Origin: Azolla caroliniana
Lineage: Eukaryota > Plantae > Polypodiophyta
Assembly: GCA_043228905.1 (NCBI GenBank)
Contig: JBHGNT010000026.1
Span: 446,248 to 510,247 of the forward strand
DNA: 64,000 bases
Direction: 5' to 3'
Shown here: one piece after another, positions 1 to 13,900 of the stretch
Position numbering within the stretch: position 1 is the first letter of the stretch
Layout: each line of letters opens with the position of its first letter
Notes under the pieces: model-generated
Seen by the model: only the letters and a program-made list of their open reading frames with translations
The model's database searches: none
Told to the model about the DNA's origin: nothing
Made by a program: the position numbers and the translations under genes

Positions 1-2969
1 AACATGCGAATCGAAGCTAACAACGCTAGCTATGATATGGAATAAAAAAATCAAGATTTTGAAACTCAGGTCAAGAGACATGACGAAAATACCAAATTTC
101 AGGAGGGAGTTGAGAGGAGCCCTTGAGTAAATTAAAATGTTCATACCTAGCGAGTGTGATATCGCACTTTTGTGTACAAACATGCGAATCGAAGCTAACA
201 ACGCTAGCTATGATATGGAATTAAAAAATCAAGATTTTGAAACTCAGGTCGAGAGACATGACGAAATTACCAAATTTGAGGAGTGAGTTGAGAGGAGCCC
301 TTGAATAATTTAAAATGGTCATACCTAGCGAGTGTGATATCGGATTTTTGTGTACAAACATGCGAATCGAAGCTAACAACGCTAGCTATGATATGGAATT
401 AAAAAATCAAGATTTTGAAAGTCAGGTCGAGAGACATGACGAAATTTCCAAATTTCAGGAGGGAGTTGAGAAGAGCTAGTAGGTAAATTATAATGTTCAT
501 ACCTGGTTCGTGTGATATCGGATTTTTGTGTTCAAACATGCGAATCGAAGCTAAAAACGCTAGCTATGATATGGAATTAAAAAATCAAGATTTTGAAACT
601 CAGGTCAAGAAACATGACGAAATTACTAAATTTTAGGAGGGAGTTGAGAGGGGCCCTTGAGTAAATTAAAATGGTCATACCTAGCTCGTGTGATATCGGA
701 TTTTTGTGTTCAAACATGCGAATCGAAGCTAACAACACTAGCTATGATATGGAATTACAAAATGAAAATTTTGAAACTCAGGTCGAGAGACATGACGAAA
801 TTACCAAATTTGAGGAGGGAGTTGAGAGGGGCCCTTGAGTAAATTAAAATGTTCATACCTAGCGAGTGTGATATCGGATTTTTGTGTTCAAACATGCGAA
901 TCGAAGCTAACAACGCTAGCTATGATATGGAATTACAAAATGAAGATTTTGAAACTCAGGTCGAGAGACATGACGAAATTACCAAATTTGAGGAGGGAGT
1001 TGAGAGGGGCCGTTGAGTAAATTAAAATGTTCATACCTAGCGAGTGTGATATCGGATTTTTGTGTTCAAACATGCGAATCGAAGCTAACAATGCTAGCTA
1101 TGATATGGAATTAAAAAATCAAGATTTTGAAACTCAGGTCGAGAGACATGACGAAATTTCCAAATTTCAGGAGGGAGTTGAGAAGAGCTAGTAGGTAAAT
1201 TATAATGTTCATACCTGGTTCGTGTGATATCGGATTTTTTTGTTCAAACATTCGAATCGAAGCTAACAACGCTAGCTATGATATGGAATTACAAAATCAA
1301 GATTTTGAAACTCCAGTCGAGAGACATGATGAAATTACCAAATTTGAGGAGTGACGTTGGAAGAGCGCGTGAGTGAATTAAAATGTTCATACCTGGCTCG
1401 TGTGATATCGGATTTTTGTGTTCAAACATGCAAATCGAAGCTAACAACGCTAGCTATGATATGGAATAAAAAAAACAAGATTTTGAAACTCAGGTCAAGA
1501 TACATGACGAAATTAGCAAATTTGAGGAGTGAGTTGAGAGGAGCCCTTGAGTAAATTAAAATGGTCATACCTAGCGAGTGTGATATCGGATTTTTGTGTT
1601 CAAACATGCGAATCGAAGCTAACAATGTTAGCTATGATATGGAATTAAAAAATCAAGACTTTGAAACTCAGGTCAAGAGACATGACGAAATTACTAAATT
1701 TGAGGAGGGAGTTGAGAGGGGCCCTTGAGTAAATTAAAATGTTCATACCTGGCTCGTGTGATATCGGATTTTTGTGTTCAAACATGCGAATCGAAGCTAA
1801 CAACGCTAGCTATGATATGGAATAAAAAAAACAAGATTTTGAAACTCAGGTCAAGAGACATGACGAAATTAGCAAATTTGAGGAGTGAGTTGAGAGGAGC
1901 CCTTGAGTAAATTAAAATGGTCATACCTAGCGAGTGTGATATCGGCTTTTTGTGTACAAACATGCGAATCGAAGCTAACAACGCTAGCTATGATATGGAA
2001 TTAAAAAATCAAGACTTTGAAACTCAGGTCAAGAGACATGACGAAATTACTAAATTTGAGGAGGGAGTTGAGAGGGGCCCTTGAGTAAATTAAAATGGTC
2101 ATACCTAGCTGGTGTGATATCGGATTTTTGTGTTCAAACATGCGAATCGAAGCTAACAACGCTAGCTACGACATGGAATAAAAAAAAACAAGATTTTGAA
2201 ACTCAGGTCAAGAGACATGACGAAATTAGCAAATTTGAGGAGTGAGTTGAGAGGAGCCCTTGAGTAAATTAAAATGTTCATACATAGCGAGTGTGATATC
2301 GGATTTTTGTGTACAAACATGCGAATCGAAGCTAACAATGCTAGCTATGATATGGAATTAAAAAATCAAGATTTTGAAACTCAGGTCGAGAGACATGACG
2401 AAATTACCAAATTTGAGGAGGGGGTTGAGAGGGGCCCTTGAGTAAATTAAAATGGTCATACCTAGCTGGTGTGATATCGGATTTTTGTGTTCAAACATGC
2501 GAATCGAAGCTAACAACGCTAGCTATGATATGGAATAAAAAAAACAAGATTTTGAAACTCAGGTCGAGAGACATGACGAAATTACCAAATTTGAGGAGTG
2601 AGTTGAGAGGAGCCCACCTAGCTGGTGTGATATCGGATTTTTGTGTTCAAACATGCGAATCGAAGCTAACAACGCTAGCTACGACATGGAATAAAAAAAA
2701 ACAAGATTTTGAAACTCAGGTCAAGAGACATGACGAAATTAGCAAATTTGAGGAGTGAGTTGAGAGGAGCCCTTGAGTAAATTAAAATGTTCATACCTAG
2801 CTCGTGTGATATCGGATTTTTGTGTACAAACATGCGAATCGAAGCTAACAATGCTAGCTATGATATGGAATTAAAAAATCAAGATTTTGAAACTCAGGTC
2901 GAGAGACATGACGAAATTACCAAATTTGAGGAGGGGGTTGAGAGGGGCCCTTGAGTAAATTAAAATGTT

Positions 2970-5900
2970 CATACCTAGCTCGTGTGATATCGGATTTTTG
3001 TGTTCAAACATGCGAATCGAAGCTAACAACGCTAGCTATGATATGGAATAAAAAAAACAAGATTTTGAAACTCAGGTCGAGAGACATGACGAAATTACCA
3101 AATTTGAGGAGTGAGTTGAGAGGAGCCCTTGAGTAAATTAAAATGGTCATACCTAGCGAGTGTGATATCGGATTTTTGTGTACAAACATGCGAATCGAAG
3201 CTAACAACGCTAGCTATGATATGGAATTAAAAAATCAAGATTTTGAAACTTACGTCGAGAGATATGACGAAATTAGCAAATTTGAGGAGTGAGTTGAGAG
3301 GAGCCCTTGAGTAAATTAAAATGGTCATACCTAGCGAGTGTGATATCGGATTTTTGTGTTCAAACATGCGAATCTAAGCTAACAACGCTAGCTATGATAT
3401 GGAATTAAAAAATCAAGATTTTGAAACTCAGGTCGAGAGACATGACGAAATTACCAAATTTGAGGAGCGAGTTAAGAAGAGCTATTAGGTACATTACAAT
3501 GTTCATACCTGGCTCGTGTGATATCGGTTTTTTGTGTTCAAACATGCGAATCGAAGCTAACAATGCTAGCTATGATATGGAATTGAAAAATCAAGATTTT
3601 GAAACTCAGGTCGAGAGACATGACGAAATTTCCAAATTTCAGGAGGGAGTTGAGAAGATCTAGTAGGTAAATTATAATGTTCATACCTGGTTCGTGTGAT
3701 ATCGGATTTTTTTGTTCAAACATTCGAATCGAAGCTAACAACGCTAGCTATGATATGGAATTACAAAATCAAGATTTTGAAACTCCAGTCGAGAGACATG
3801 ATGAAATTACCAAATTTGAGGAGTGACGTTGGAAGAGCGCGTGAGTGAATTAAAATGTTCATACCTGGCTCGTGTGATATCGGATTTTTGTGTTCAAACA
3901 TGCAAATCGAAGCTAACAACGCTAGCTATGATATGGAATAAAAAAAACAAGATTTTGAAACTCAGGTCAAGATACATGACGAAATTAGCAAATTTGAGGA
4001 GTGAGTTGAGAGGAGCCCTTGAGTAAATTAAAATGGTCATACCTAGCGAGTGTGATATCGGATTTTTGTGTACAAACATGCGAATCGAAGCTAACAACGC
4101 TAGTTATGATATGGAATTAAAAAATCAAGATTTTGAAACTCAGGTCGAGAGACATGACGAAATTTCCAAATTTCAGGAGGGAGTTGAGAAGAGCTAGTAG
4201 GTAAATTATAATGTTCATACCTAGCTCGTGTGATATCGGATTTTTGTGTTCAAACATGCGAATCGAAGCTAACAACGCTAGCTATGATATGGAATTAAAA
4301 AATCAAGATTTTGAAACTCAGGTCGAGAGACATGACGAAATTTCCAAATTTCAGGAGGGAGTTGAGAAGAGCTAGTAGGTAAATTATAATGTTCATACCT
4401 AGCTCGTGTTATATCGGATTTTTGTGTTCAAACATGCGAATCGAAGCTAACAACGCTAGCTATGATATAGAATTATAAAATAAAGATTTTGAAACTCAGG
4501 TCGAGAGACATGACGAAATTACCAAATTTGAGGAGTGAGTTGAGAGGAGCCCTTGAGTAAATTAAAATGGTCATACCTAGCGAGTGTGATATCGGATTTT
4601 TGTGTACAAACATGCGAATCGAAGCTAACAACGCTAGCTATGATATGGAATTAAAAAATCAAGATTTTGAAACTTACGTCGAGAGATATGACGAAATTAG
4701 CAAATTTGAGGAGTGAGTTGAGAGGAGCCCTTGAGTAAATTAAAATGGTCATACCTAGCGAGTGTGATATCGGATTTTTGTGTTCAAACATGCGAATCGA
4801 AGCTAAAAACGCTAGCTATGATATGGAATTAAAAAATCAAGATTTTGAAACTCAGGTCGAGAGACATGACGAAATTACCAAATTTGAGGAGTGAGTTAAG
4901 AAGAGCTATTAGGTAAATTATAATGTTCATACCTGGCTCGTGTGATATCGGATTTCTGTGTTCAAACATGCGAATCGAAGCTAATAACGCTAGCTATGAT
5001 ATGGAATTAAAAAATCAATATTTTGAAACTCAGGTCGAGAGACATGACGAAATTAGCAAATTTGAGGAGTGAGTTGAGATGAGCCCTTGAGTAAATTAAA
5101 ATGTTCATACATAGCGAGTGTGATATCGGATTTTTGTGTACAAACATGCGAATCGAAGCTAACAACGCTAGCTATGATATGGAATTAAAAAATCAATATT
5201 TTGAAACTTACGTCGAGAGATATGACGAAATTAGCAAATTTGAGGAGTGAGTTGAGAGGAGCCCTTGAGTAAATTAAAATGGTCATACCTAGCGAGTGTG
5301 ATATCGGATTTTTGTGTTCAAACTTGCGAATCTAAGCTAACAACGCTAGCTATGATATGGAATTAAAAAATCAAGATTTTGAAACTCAGGTCGAGAGACA
5401 TGACGAAATTACCAAATTTGAGGAGCGAGTTAAGAAGAGCTATTAGGTACATTACAATGTTCATACCTGGCTCGTGTGATATCGGTTTTTTGTGTTCAAA
5501 CATGCGAATCTAAGCTAACAACGCTAGCTATGATATGGAATTAAAAAATCAAGATTTTGAAACTCAGGTCGAGAGACATGACGAAATTACCAAATTTGAG
5601 GAGCGAGTTAAGAAGAGCTATTAGGTACATTACAATGTTCATACCTGGCTCGTGTGATATCGGTTTTTTGTGTTCAAACATGCGAATCGAAGCTAACAAT
5701 GCTAGCTATGATATGGAATTGAAAAATCAAGATTTTGAAACTCAGGTCGAGAGACATGACGAAATTTCCAAATTTCAGGAGGGAGTTGAGAAGAGCTAGT
5801 AGGTAAATTATAATGTTCATACCTGGTTCGTGTGATATCGGATTTTTTTGTTCAAACATTCGAATCGAAGCTAACAACGCTAGCTATGATATGGAATTAC

Positions 5901-7610
5901 AAAATCAGGATTTTGAAACTCCAGTCGAGAGACATGATGAAATTACCAAATTTGAGGAGTGACGTTGGAAGAGCGCGTGAGTGAATTAAAATGTTCATAC
6001 CTGGCTCGTGTGATATCGGATTTTTGTGTTCAAACATGCAAATCGAAGCTAACAACGCTAGCTATGATATGGAATAAAAAAAACAAGATTTTGAAACTCA
6101 GGTCAAGATACATGACGAAATTAGCAAATTTGAGGAGTGAGTTGAGAGGAGCCCTTGAGTAAATTAAAATGGTCATACCTAGCGAGTGTGATATCGGATT
6201 TTTGTGTACAAACATGCGAATCGAAGCTAACAACGCTAGTTATGATATGGAATTAAAAAATCAAGATTTTGAAACTCAGGTCGAGAGACATGACGAAATT
6301 TCCAAATTTCAGGAGGGAGTTGAGAAGAGCTAGTAGGTAAATTATAATGTTCATACCTAGCTCGTGTGATATCGGATTTTTGTGTTCAAACATGCGAATC
6401 GAAGCTAACAACGCTAGCTATGATATGGAATAAAAAAAACAAGATTTTGAAACTCAGGTCGAGAGACATGACGAAATTACCAAATTTGAGGAGTGAGTTG
6501 AGAGGAGCCCTTGAGTAAATTAAAATGGTCATACCTAGCGAGTGTGATATCGGATTTTTGTGTACAAACATGCGAATCGAAGCTAACAACGCTAGCTATG
6601 ATATGGAATTAAAAAATCAAGATTTTGAAACTTACGTCGAGAGATATGACGAAATTAGCAAATTTGAGGAGTGAGTTGAGAGGAGCCCTTGAGTAAATTA
6701 AAATGGTCATACCTAGCGAGTGTGATATCGGATTTTTGTGTTCAAACATGCGAATCTAAGCTAACAACGCTAGCTATGATATGGAATTAAAAAATCAAGA
6801 TTTTGAAACTCAGGTCGAGAGACATGACGAAATTACCAAATTTGAGGAGCGAGTTAAGAAGAGCTATTAGGTACATTACAATGTTCATACCTGGCTCGTG
6901 TGATATCGGTTTTTTGTGTTCAAACATGCGAATCGAAGCTAACAATGCTAGCTATGATATGGAATTGAAAAATCAAGATTTTGAAACTCAGGTCGAGAGA
7001 CATGACGAAATTTCCAAATTTCAGGAGGGAGTTGAGAAGAGCTAGTAGGTAAATTATAATGTTCATACCTGGTTCGTGTGATATCGGATTTTTTTGTTCA
7101 AACATTCGAATCGAAGCTAACAACGCTAGCTATGATATGGAATTACAAAATCAAGATTTTGAAACTCCAGTCGAGAGACATGATGAAATTACCAAATTTG
7201 AGGAGTGACGTTGGAAGAGCGCGTGAGTGAATTAAAATGTTCATACCTGGCTCGTGTGATATCGGATTTTTGTGTTCAAACATGCAAATCGAAGCTAACA
7301 ACGCTAGCTATGATATGGAATAAAAAAAACAAGATTTTGAAACTCAGGTCAAGATACATGACGAAATTAGCAAATTTGAGGAGTGAGTTGAGAGGAGCCC
7401 TTGAGTAAATTAAAATGGTCATACCTAGCGAGTGTGATATCGGATTTTTGTGTACAAACATGCGAATCGAAGCTAACAACGCTAGCTATGATATGGAATT
7501 AAAAAATCAAGATTTTGAAACTCAGGTCGAGAGACATGACGAAATTTCCAAATTTCAGGAGGGAGTTGAGAAGAGCTAGTAGGTAAATTATAATGTTCAT
7601 ACCTAGCTCG
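2970..7610 (+). repeat. Higher-order block with 12-mer (2136 bp) and 7-mer (1246 bp) spacing
   Basis: The marker run D-type monomer, TTGAAAAAT, TTTTTTTGTTC, CATGCAAAT, AAGATACATG recurs. ORF starts 3421->5557->6803 and 3823->5959->7205 are offset by 2136 and 1246. Edges are approximate. Confidence 0.8.
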
Positions 7611-7934
7611 TGTTATATCGGATTTTTGTGTTCAAACATGCGAATCGAAGCTAACAACGCTAGCTATGATATAGAATTAAAAAATAAAGATTTTGAAACT
7701 CAGGTCGAGAGACATGACGAAATTACCAAATTTGAGGAGTGAGTTGAGAGGAGCCCTTGAGTAAATTAAAATGGTCATACCTAGCGAGTGTGATATCGGA
7801 TTTTTGTGTACAAACATGCGAATCGAAGCTAACAACGCTAGCTATGATATGGAATTAAAAAATCAAGATTTTGAAACTTACGTCGAGAGATATGACGAAA
7901 TTAGCAAATTTGAGGAGTGAGTTGAGAGGAGCCC

Positions 7935-10900
7935 TTGAGTAAATTAAAATGGTCATACCTAGCGAGTGTGATATCGGATTTTTGTGTACAAACATGCGAA
8001 TCGAAGCTAACAACGCTAGCTATGATATGGAATTACAAAATGAAGATTTTGAAACTCAGGTCGAGAGACATGACGAAATTACCAAATTTGAGGAGGGAGT
8101 TGAGAGGGGCCCTTGAGTAAATTAAAATGTTCATACCTAGCGAGTGTGATATCGGATTTTTGTGTTCAAACATGCGAATCGAAGCTAACAATGCTAGCTA
8201 TGATAGGGAATTAAAAAATCAAGATTTTGAAACTCAGGTCGAGAGACATGACGAAATTTCCAAATTTCAGGAGGGAGTTGAGAAGAGCTAGTAGGTAAAT
8301 TATAATGTTCATACCTGGTTCGTGTGATATCGGATTTTTGTGTTCAAACATGCGAATCGAAGCTAAAAACGCTAGCTATGATATGGAATTAAAAAATCAA
8401 GATTTTGCAACTCAAGTCGAGAGACATGAAGAAATTACCAAATTTGAGGAGTGAGGTTGGAAGAGCGCGTGAGTGAATTAAAATGTTCATACCTGGCTCG
8501 TGTGATATCGGATTTTTGTGTTCAAACATGCGAATCGAAGCTAACAACGCTAGCTATGATATGGAATAAAAAAAACAAGATTTTGAAACTCAGGTCAAGA
8601 GACATGACGAAAATACCAAATTTCAGGAGGGAGTTGAGAGGAGCCCTTGAGTAAATTAAAATGTTCATACCTAGCGAGTGTGATATCGCACTTTTGTGTA
8701 CAAACATGCGAATCGAAGCTAACAACGCTAGCTATGATATGGAATTAAAAAATCAAGATTTTGAAACTCAGGTCGAGAGACATGACGAAATTACCAAATT
8801 TGAGGAGTGAGTTGAGAGGAGCCCTTGAATAATTTAAAATGGTCATACCTAGCGAGTGTGATATCGGATTTTTGTGTACAAACATGCGAATCGAAGCTAA
8901 CAACGCTAGCTATGATATGGAATTAAAAAATCAAGAGTTTGAAACTCAGATCGAGAGACATGACGAAATTTCCAAATTTCAGGAGGGAGTTGAGAAGAGC
9001 TAGGAGGTAAATTATAATGTTCATACCTGGTTCGTGTGATATCGGATTTTTGTGTTCAAACATTCGAATCGAAGCTAACAACGCTAGCTATGATATGGAA
9101 TTACAAAATCAAGATTTTGAAACTCCAGTCGAGAGACATGATGAAATTTCCAAATTTGAGGAGTGACGTTGGAAGAGCGCGTGAGTGAATTAAAATGTTC
9201 ATACCTGGCTCGTGTGATATCGGATTTTTGTGTTCAAACATGCGAATCGAAGCTAACAACACTAGCTATGATATGGAATTACAAAATGAAAATTTTGAAA
9301 CTCAGGTCGAGAGACATGACGAAATTACCAAATTTGAGGAGGGAGTTGAGAGGGGCCCTTGAGTAAATTAAAATGTTCATACCTAGCGAGTGTGATATCG
9401 GATTTTTATGTTCAAACATGCGAATCGAAGCTAACAACGCTAGCTATGATATGGAATTACAAAATGAAGATTTTGAAACTCAGGTCGAGAGACATGACGA
9501 AATTACCAAATTTGAGGAGGGAGTTGAGAGGGGCCCTTGAGTAAATTAAAATGTTCATACCTAGCGAGTGTGATATCGGATTTTTGTGTTCAAACATGCG
9601 AATCGAAGCTAACAATGCTAGCTATGATATGGAATTAAAAAATCAAGATTTTGAAACTCAGGTCGAGAGACATGACGAAATTTCCAAATTTCAGGAGGGA
9701 GTTGAGAAGAGCTAGTAGGTAAATTATAATGTTCATACCTGGTTCGTGTGATATCGGATTATTGTGTTCAAACATGCGAATCGAAGCTAAAAACGCTAGC
9801 TATGTTATGGAATAAAAAAAACAAGATTTTGAAACTCAGGTCAAGAGACATGACGAAATTAGCAAATTTGAGGAGTGAGTTGAGAGGAGCCCTTGAGTAA
9901 ATTAAAATGTTCATACCTAGCGAGTGTGATATCGGCTTTTTGTGTACAAACATGCGAATCGAAGCTAACAACGCTAGCTATGATATGGAATTAAAAAATC
10001 AAGACTTTGAAACTTACGTCGAGAGATATGACGAAATTAGCAAATTTGAGGAGGGAGTTGAGAGGAGCCCTTGAGTAAATTAAAATGGTCATACCTAGCG
10101 AGTGTGATATCGGATTTTTGTGTACAAACATGCGAATCGAAGCTAACAACGCTAGCTATGATATGGAATTACAAAATGAAGATTTTGAAACTCAGGTCGA
10201 GAGACATGACGAAATTACCAAATTTGAGGAGGGAGTTGAGAGGGGCCCTTGAGTAAATTAAAATGTTCATACCTAGCGAGTGTGATATCGGATTTTTGTG
10301 TTCAAACATGCGAATCGAAGCTAACAATGCTAGCTATGATATGGAATTAAAAAATCAAGATTTTGAAACTCAGGTCGAGAGACATGACGAAATTTCCAAA
10401 TTTCAGGAGGGAGTTGAGAAGAGCTAGTAGGTAAATTATAATGTTCATACCTGGTTCGTGTGATATCGGATTTTTGTGTTCAAACATGCGAATCGAAGCT
10501 AAAAACGCTAGCTATGATATGGAATTAAAAAATCAAGATTTTGCAACTCAAGTCGAGAGACATGAAGAAATTACCAAATTTGAGGAGTGAGGTTGGAAGA
10601 GCGCGTGAGTGAATTAAAATGTTCATACCTGGCTCGTGTGATATCGGATTTTTGTGTTCAAACATGCGAATCGAAGCTAACAACGCTAGCTATGATATGG
10701 AATTACAAAATGAAGATTTTGAAACTCAGGTCGAGAGACATGACGAAATTACCAAATTTCAGGAGGGAGTTGAGAGGAGCCCTTGAGTAAATTAAAATGT
10801 TCATACCTAGCGAGTGTGATATCGCACTTTTGTGTACAAACATGCGAATCGAAGCTAACAACGCTAGCTATGATATGGAATTAAAAAATCAAGACTTTGA

Positions 10901-13900
10901 AACTCAGGTCAAGAGACATGACGAAATTACTAAATTTGAGGAGGGAGTTGAGAGGGGCCCTTGAGTAAATTAAAATGTTCATACCTGGCTCGTGTGATAT
11001 CGGATTTTTGTGTTCAAACATGCGAATCGAAGCTAACAACGCTAGCTATGATATGGAATAAAAAAAACAAGATTTTGAAACTCAGGTCGAGAGACATGAC
11101 GAAATTACCAAATTTGAGGAGTGAGTTGAGAGGAGCCCTTGAGTAAATTAAAATGGTCATACCTAGCGAGTGTGATATCGGCTTTTTGTGTACAAACATG
11201 CGAATCGAAGCTAACAACGCTAGCTATGATATGGAATTACAAAATGAAGATTTTGAAACTCAGGTCGAGAGACATGACGAAATTACCAAATTTGAGGAGG
11301 GAGTTGAGAGGGGCCCTTGAGTAAATTAAAATGTTCATACCTAACGAGTGTGATATCGGATTTTTGTGTTCAAACATGCGAATCGAAGCTAACAATGCTA
11401 GCTATGATAGGGAATTAAAAAATCAAGATTTTGAAACTCAGGTCGAGAGACATGACGAAATTTCCAAATTTCAGGAGGGAGTTGAGAAGAGCTAGTAGGT
11501 AAATTATAATGTTCATACCTGGTTCGTGTGATATCGGATTTTTGTGTTCAAACATGCGAATCGAAGCTAAAAACGCTAGCTATGATATGGAATTAAAAAA
11601 TCAAGATTTTGCAACTCAAGTCGAGAGACATGAAGAAATTACCAAATTTGAGGAGTGAGGTTGGAAGAGCGCGTGAGTGAATTAAAATGTTCATACCTGG
11701 CTCGTGTGATATCGGATTTTTGTGTTCAAACATGCGAATCGAAGCTAACAACGCTAGCTATGATATGGAATAAAAAAAACAAGATTTTGAAACTCAGGTC
11801 AAGAGACATGACGAAAATACCAAATTTGAGGAGGGAGTTGAGAGGAGCCCTTGAGTAAATTAAAATGTTCATACCTAGTGAGTGTGATATCGCACTTTTG
11901 TGTACAAACATGCGAATCGAAGCTAACAACGCTAGCTATGATATGGAATTAAAAAATCAAGATTTTGAAACTCAGGTCGAGAGACATGACGAAATTACCA
12001 AATTTGAGGAGTGAGTTGAGAGGAGCCCTTGAATAATTTAAAATGGTCATACCTAGCGAGTGTGATATCGGATTTTTGTGTACAAACATGCGAATCGAAG
12101 CTAACAACGCTAGCTATGATATGGAATTAAAAAATCAAGAGTTTGAAACTCAGATCGAGAGACATGACGAAATTTCCAAATTTCAGGAGGGAGTTGAGAA
12201 GAGCTAGGAGGTAAATTATAATGTTCATACCTGGTTCGTGTGATATCGGATTTTTGTGTTCAAACATTCGAATCGAAGCTAACAACGCTAGCTATGATAT
12301 GGAATTACAAAATCAAGATTTTGAAACTCCAGTCGAGAGACATGATGAAATTTCCAAATTTGAGGAGTGACGTTGGAAGAGCGCGTGAGTGAATTAAAAT
12401 GTTCATACCTGGCTCGTGTGATATCGGATTTTTGTGTTCAAACATGCGAATCGAAGCTAACAACACTAGCTATGATATGGAATTACAAAATGAAAATTTT
12501 GAAACTCAGGTCGAGAGACATGACGAAATTACCAAATTTGAGGAGGGAGTTGAGAGGGGCCCTTGAGTAAATTAAAATGTTCATACCTAGCGAGTGTGAT
12601 ATCGGATTTTTATGTTCAAACATGCGAATCGAAGCTAACAACGCTAGCTATGATATGGAATTACAAAATGAAGATTTTGAAACTCAGGTCGAGAGACATG
12701 ACGAAATTACCAAATTTGAGGAGGGAGTTGAGAGGGGCCCTTGAGTAAATTAAAATGTTCATACCTAGCGAGTGTGATATCGGATTTTTGTGTTCAAACA
12801 TGCGAATCGAAGCTAACAATGCTAGCTATGATATGGAATTAAAAAATCAAGATTTTGAAACTCAGGTCGAGAGACATGACGAAATTTCCAAATTTCAGGA
12901 GGGAGTTGAGAAGAGCTAGTAGGTAAATTATAATGTTCATACCTGGTTCGTGTGATATCGGATTATTGTGTTCAAACATGCGAATCGAAGCTAAAAACGC
13001 TAGCTATGTTATGGAATAAAAAAAACAAGATTTTGAAACTCAGGTCAAGAGACATGACGAAATTAGCAAATTTGAGGAGTGAGTTGAGAGGAGCCCTTGA
13101 GTAAATTAAAATGTTCATACCTAGCGAGTGTGATATCGGCTTTTTGTGTACAAACATGCGAATCGAAGCTAACAACGCTAGCTATGATATGGAATTAAAA
13201 AATCAAGACTTTGAAACTTACGTCGAGAGATATGACGAAATTAGCAAATTTGAGGAGGGAGTTGAGAGGAGCCCTTGAGTAAATTAAAATGGTCATACCT
13301 AGCGAGTGTGATATCGGATTTTTGTGTACAAACATGCGAATCGAAGCTAACAACGCTAGCTATGATATGGAATTACAAAATGAAGATTTTGAAACTCAGG
13401 TCGAGAGACATGACGAAATTACCAAATTTGAGGAGGGAGTTGAGAGGGGCCCTTGAGTAAATTAAAATGTTCATACCTAGCGAGTGTGATATCGGATTTT
13501 TGTGTTCAAACATGCGAATCGAAGCTAACAATGCTAGCTATGATATGGAATTAAAAAATCAAGATTTTGAAACTCAGGTCGAGAGACATGACGAAATTTC
13601 CAAATTTCAGGAGGGAGTTGAGAAGAGCTAGTAGGTAAATTATAATGTTCATACCTGGTTCGTGTGATATCGGATTTTTGTGTTCAAACATGCGAATCGA
13701 AGCTAAAAACGCTAGCTATGATATGGAATTAAAAAATCAAGATTTTGCAACTCAAGTCGAGAGACATGAAGAAATTACCAAATTTGAGGAGTGAGGTTGG
13801 AAGAGCGCGTGAGTGAATTAAAATGTTCATACCTGGCTCGTGTGATATCGGATTTTTGTGTTCAAACATGCGAATCGAAGCTAACAACGCTAGCTATGAT

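Noticed and set aside
100-125. AGGAGG/GAGGAG as Shine-Dalgarno sites upstream of the ORF starts
   Set aside because: This is a purine-rich part of the satellite monomer repeated in every unit. There is no bacterial gene context, and the downstream ORFs are spurious.
1-178. Identity with Arabidopsis CEN178/CEN180 or primate alpha satellite
   Set aside because: The length is similar, but I do not recognise the CEN178 sequence (for example AAGCTTTGAGAAGCAAGAAG) here. Alpha satellite is 171 bp, and no canonical CENP-B box is present. The family is left unnamed pending a database search.
2438-2758. Longest ORF (106 aa), and the 88-aa ORFs at 34421, 44208 and 56710
   Set aside because: They are longer only because the -22 bp or +1 bp junctions shift the frame across monomers. 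They mark indels, not genes.
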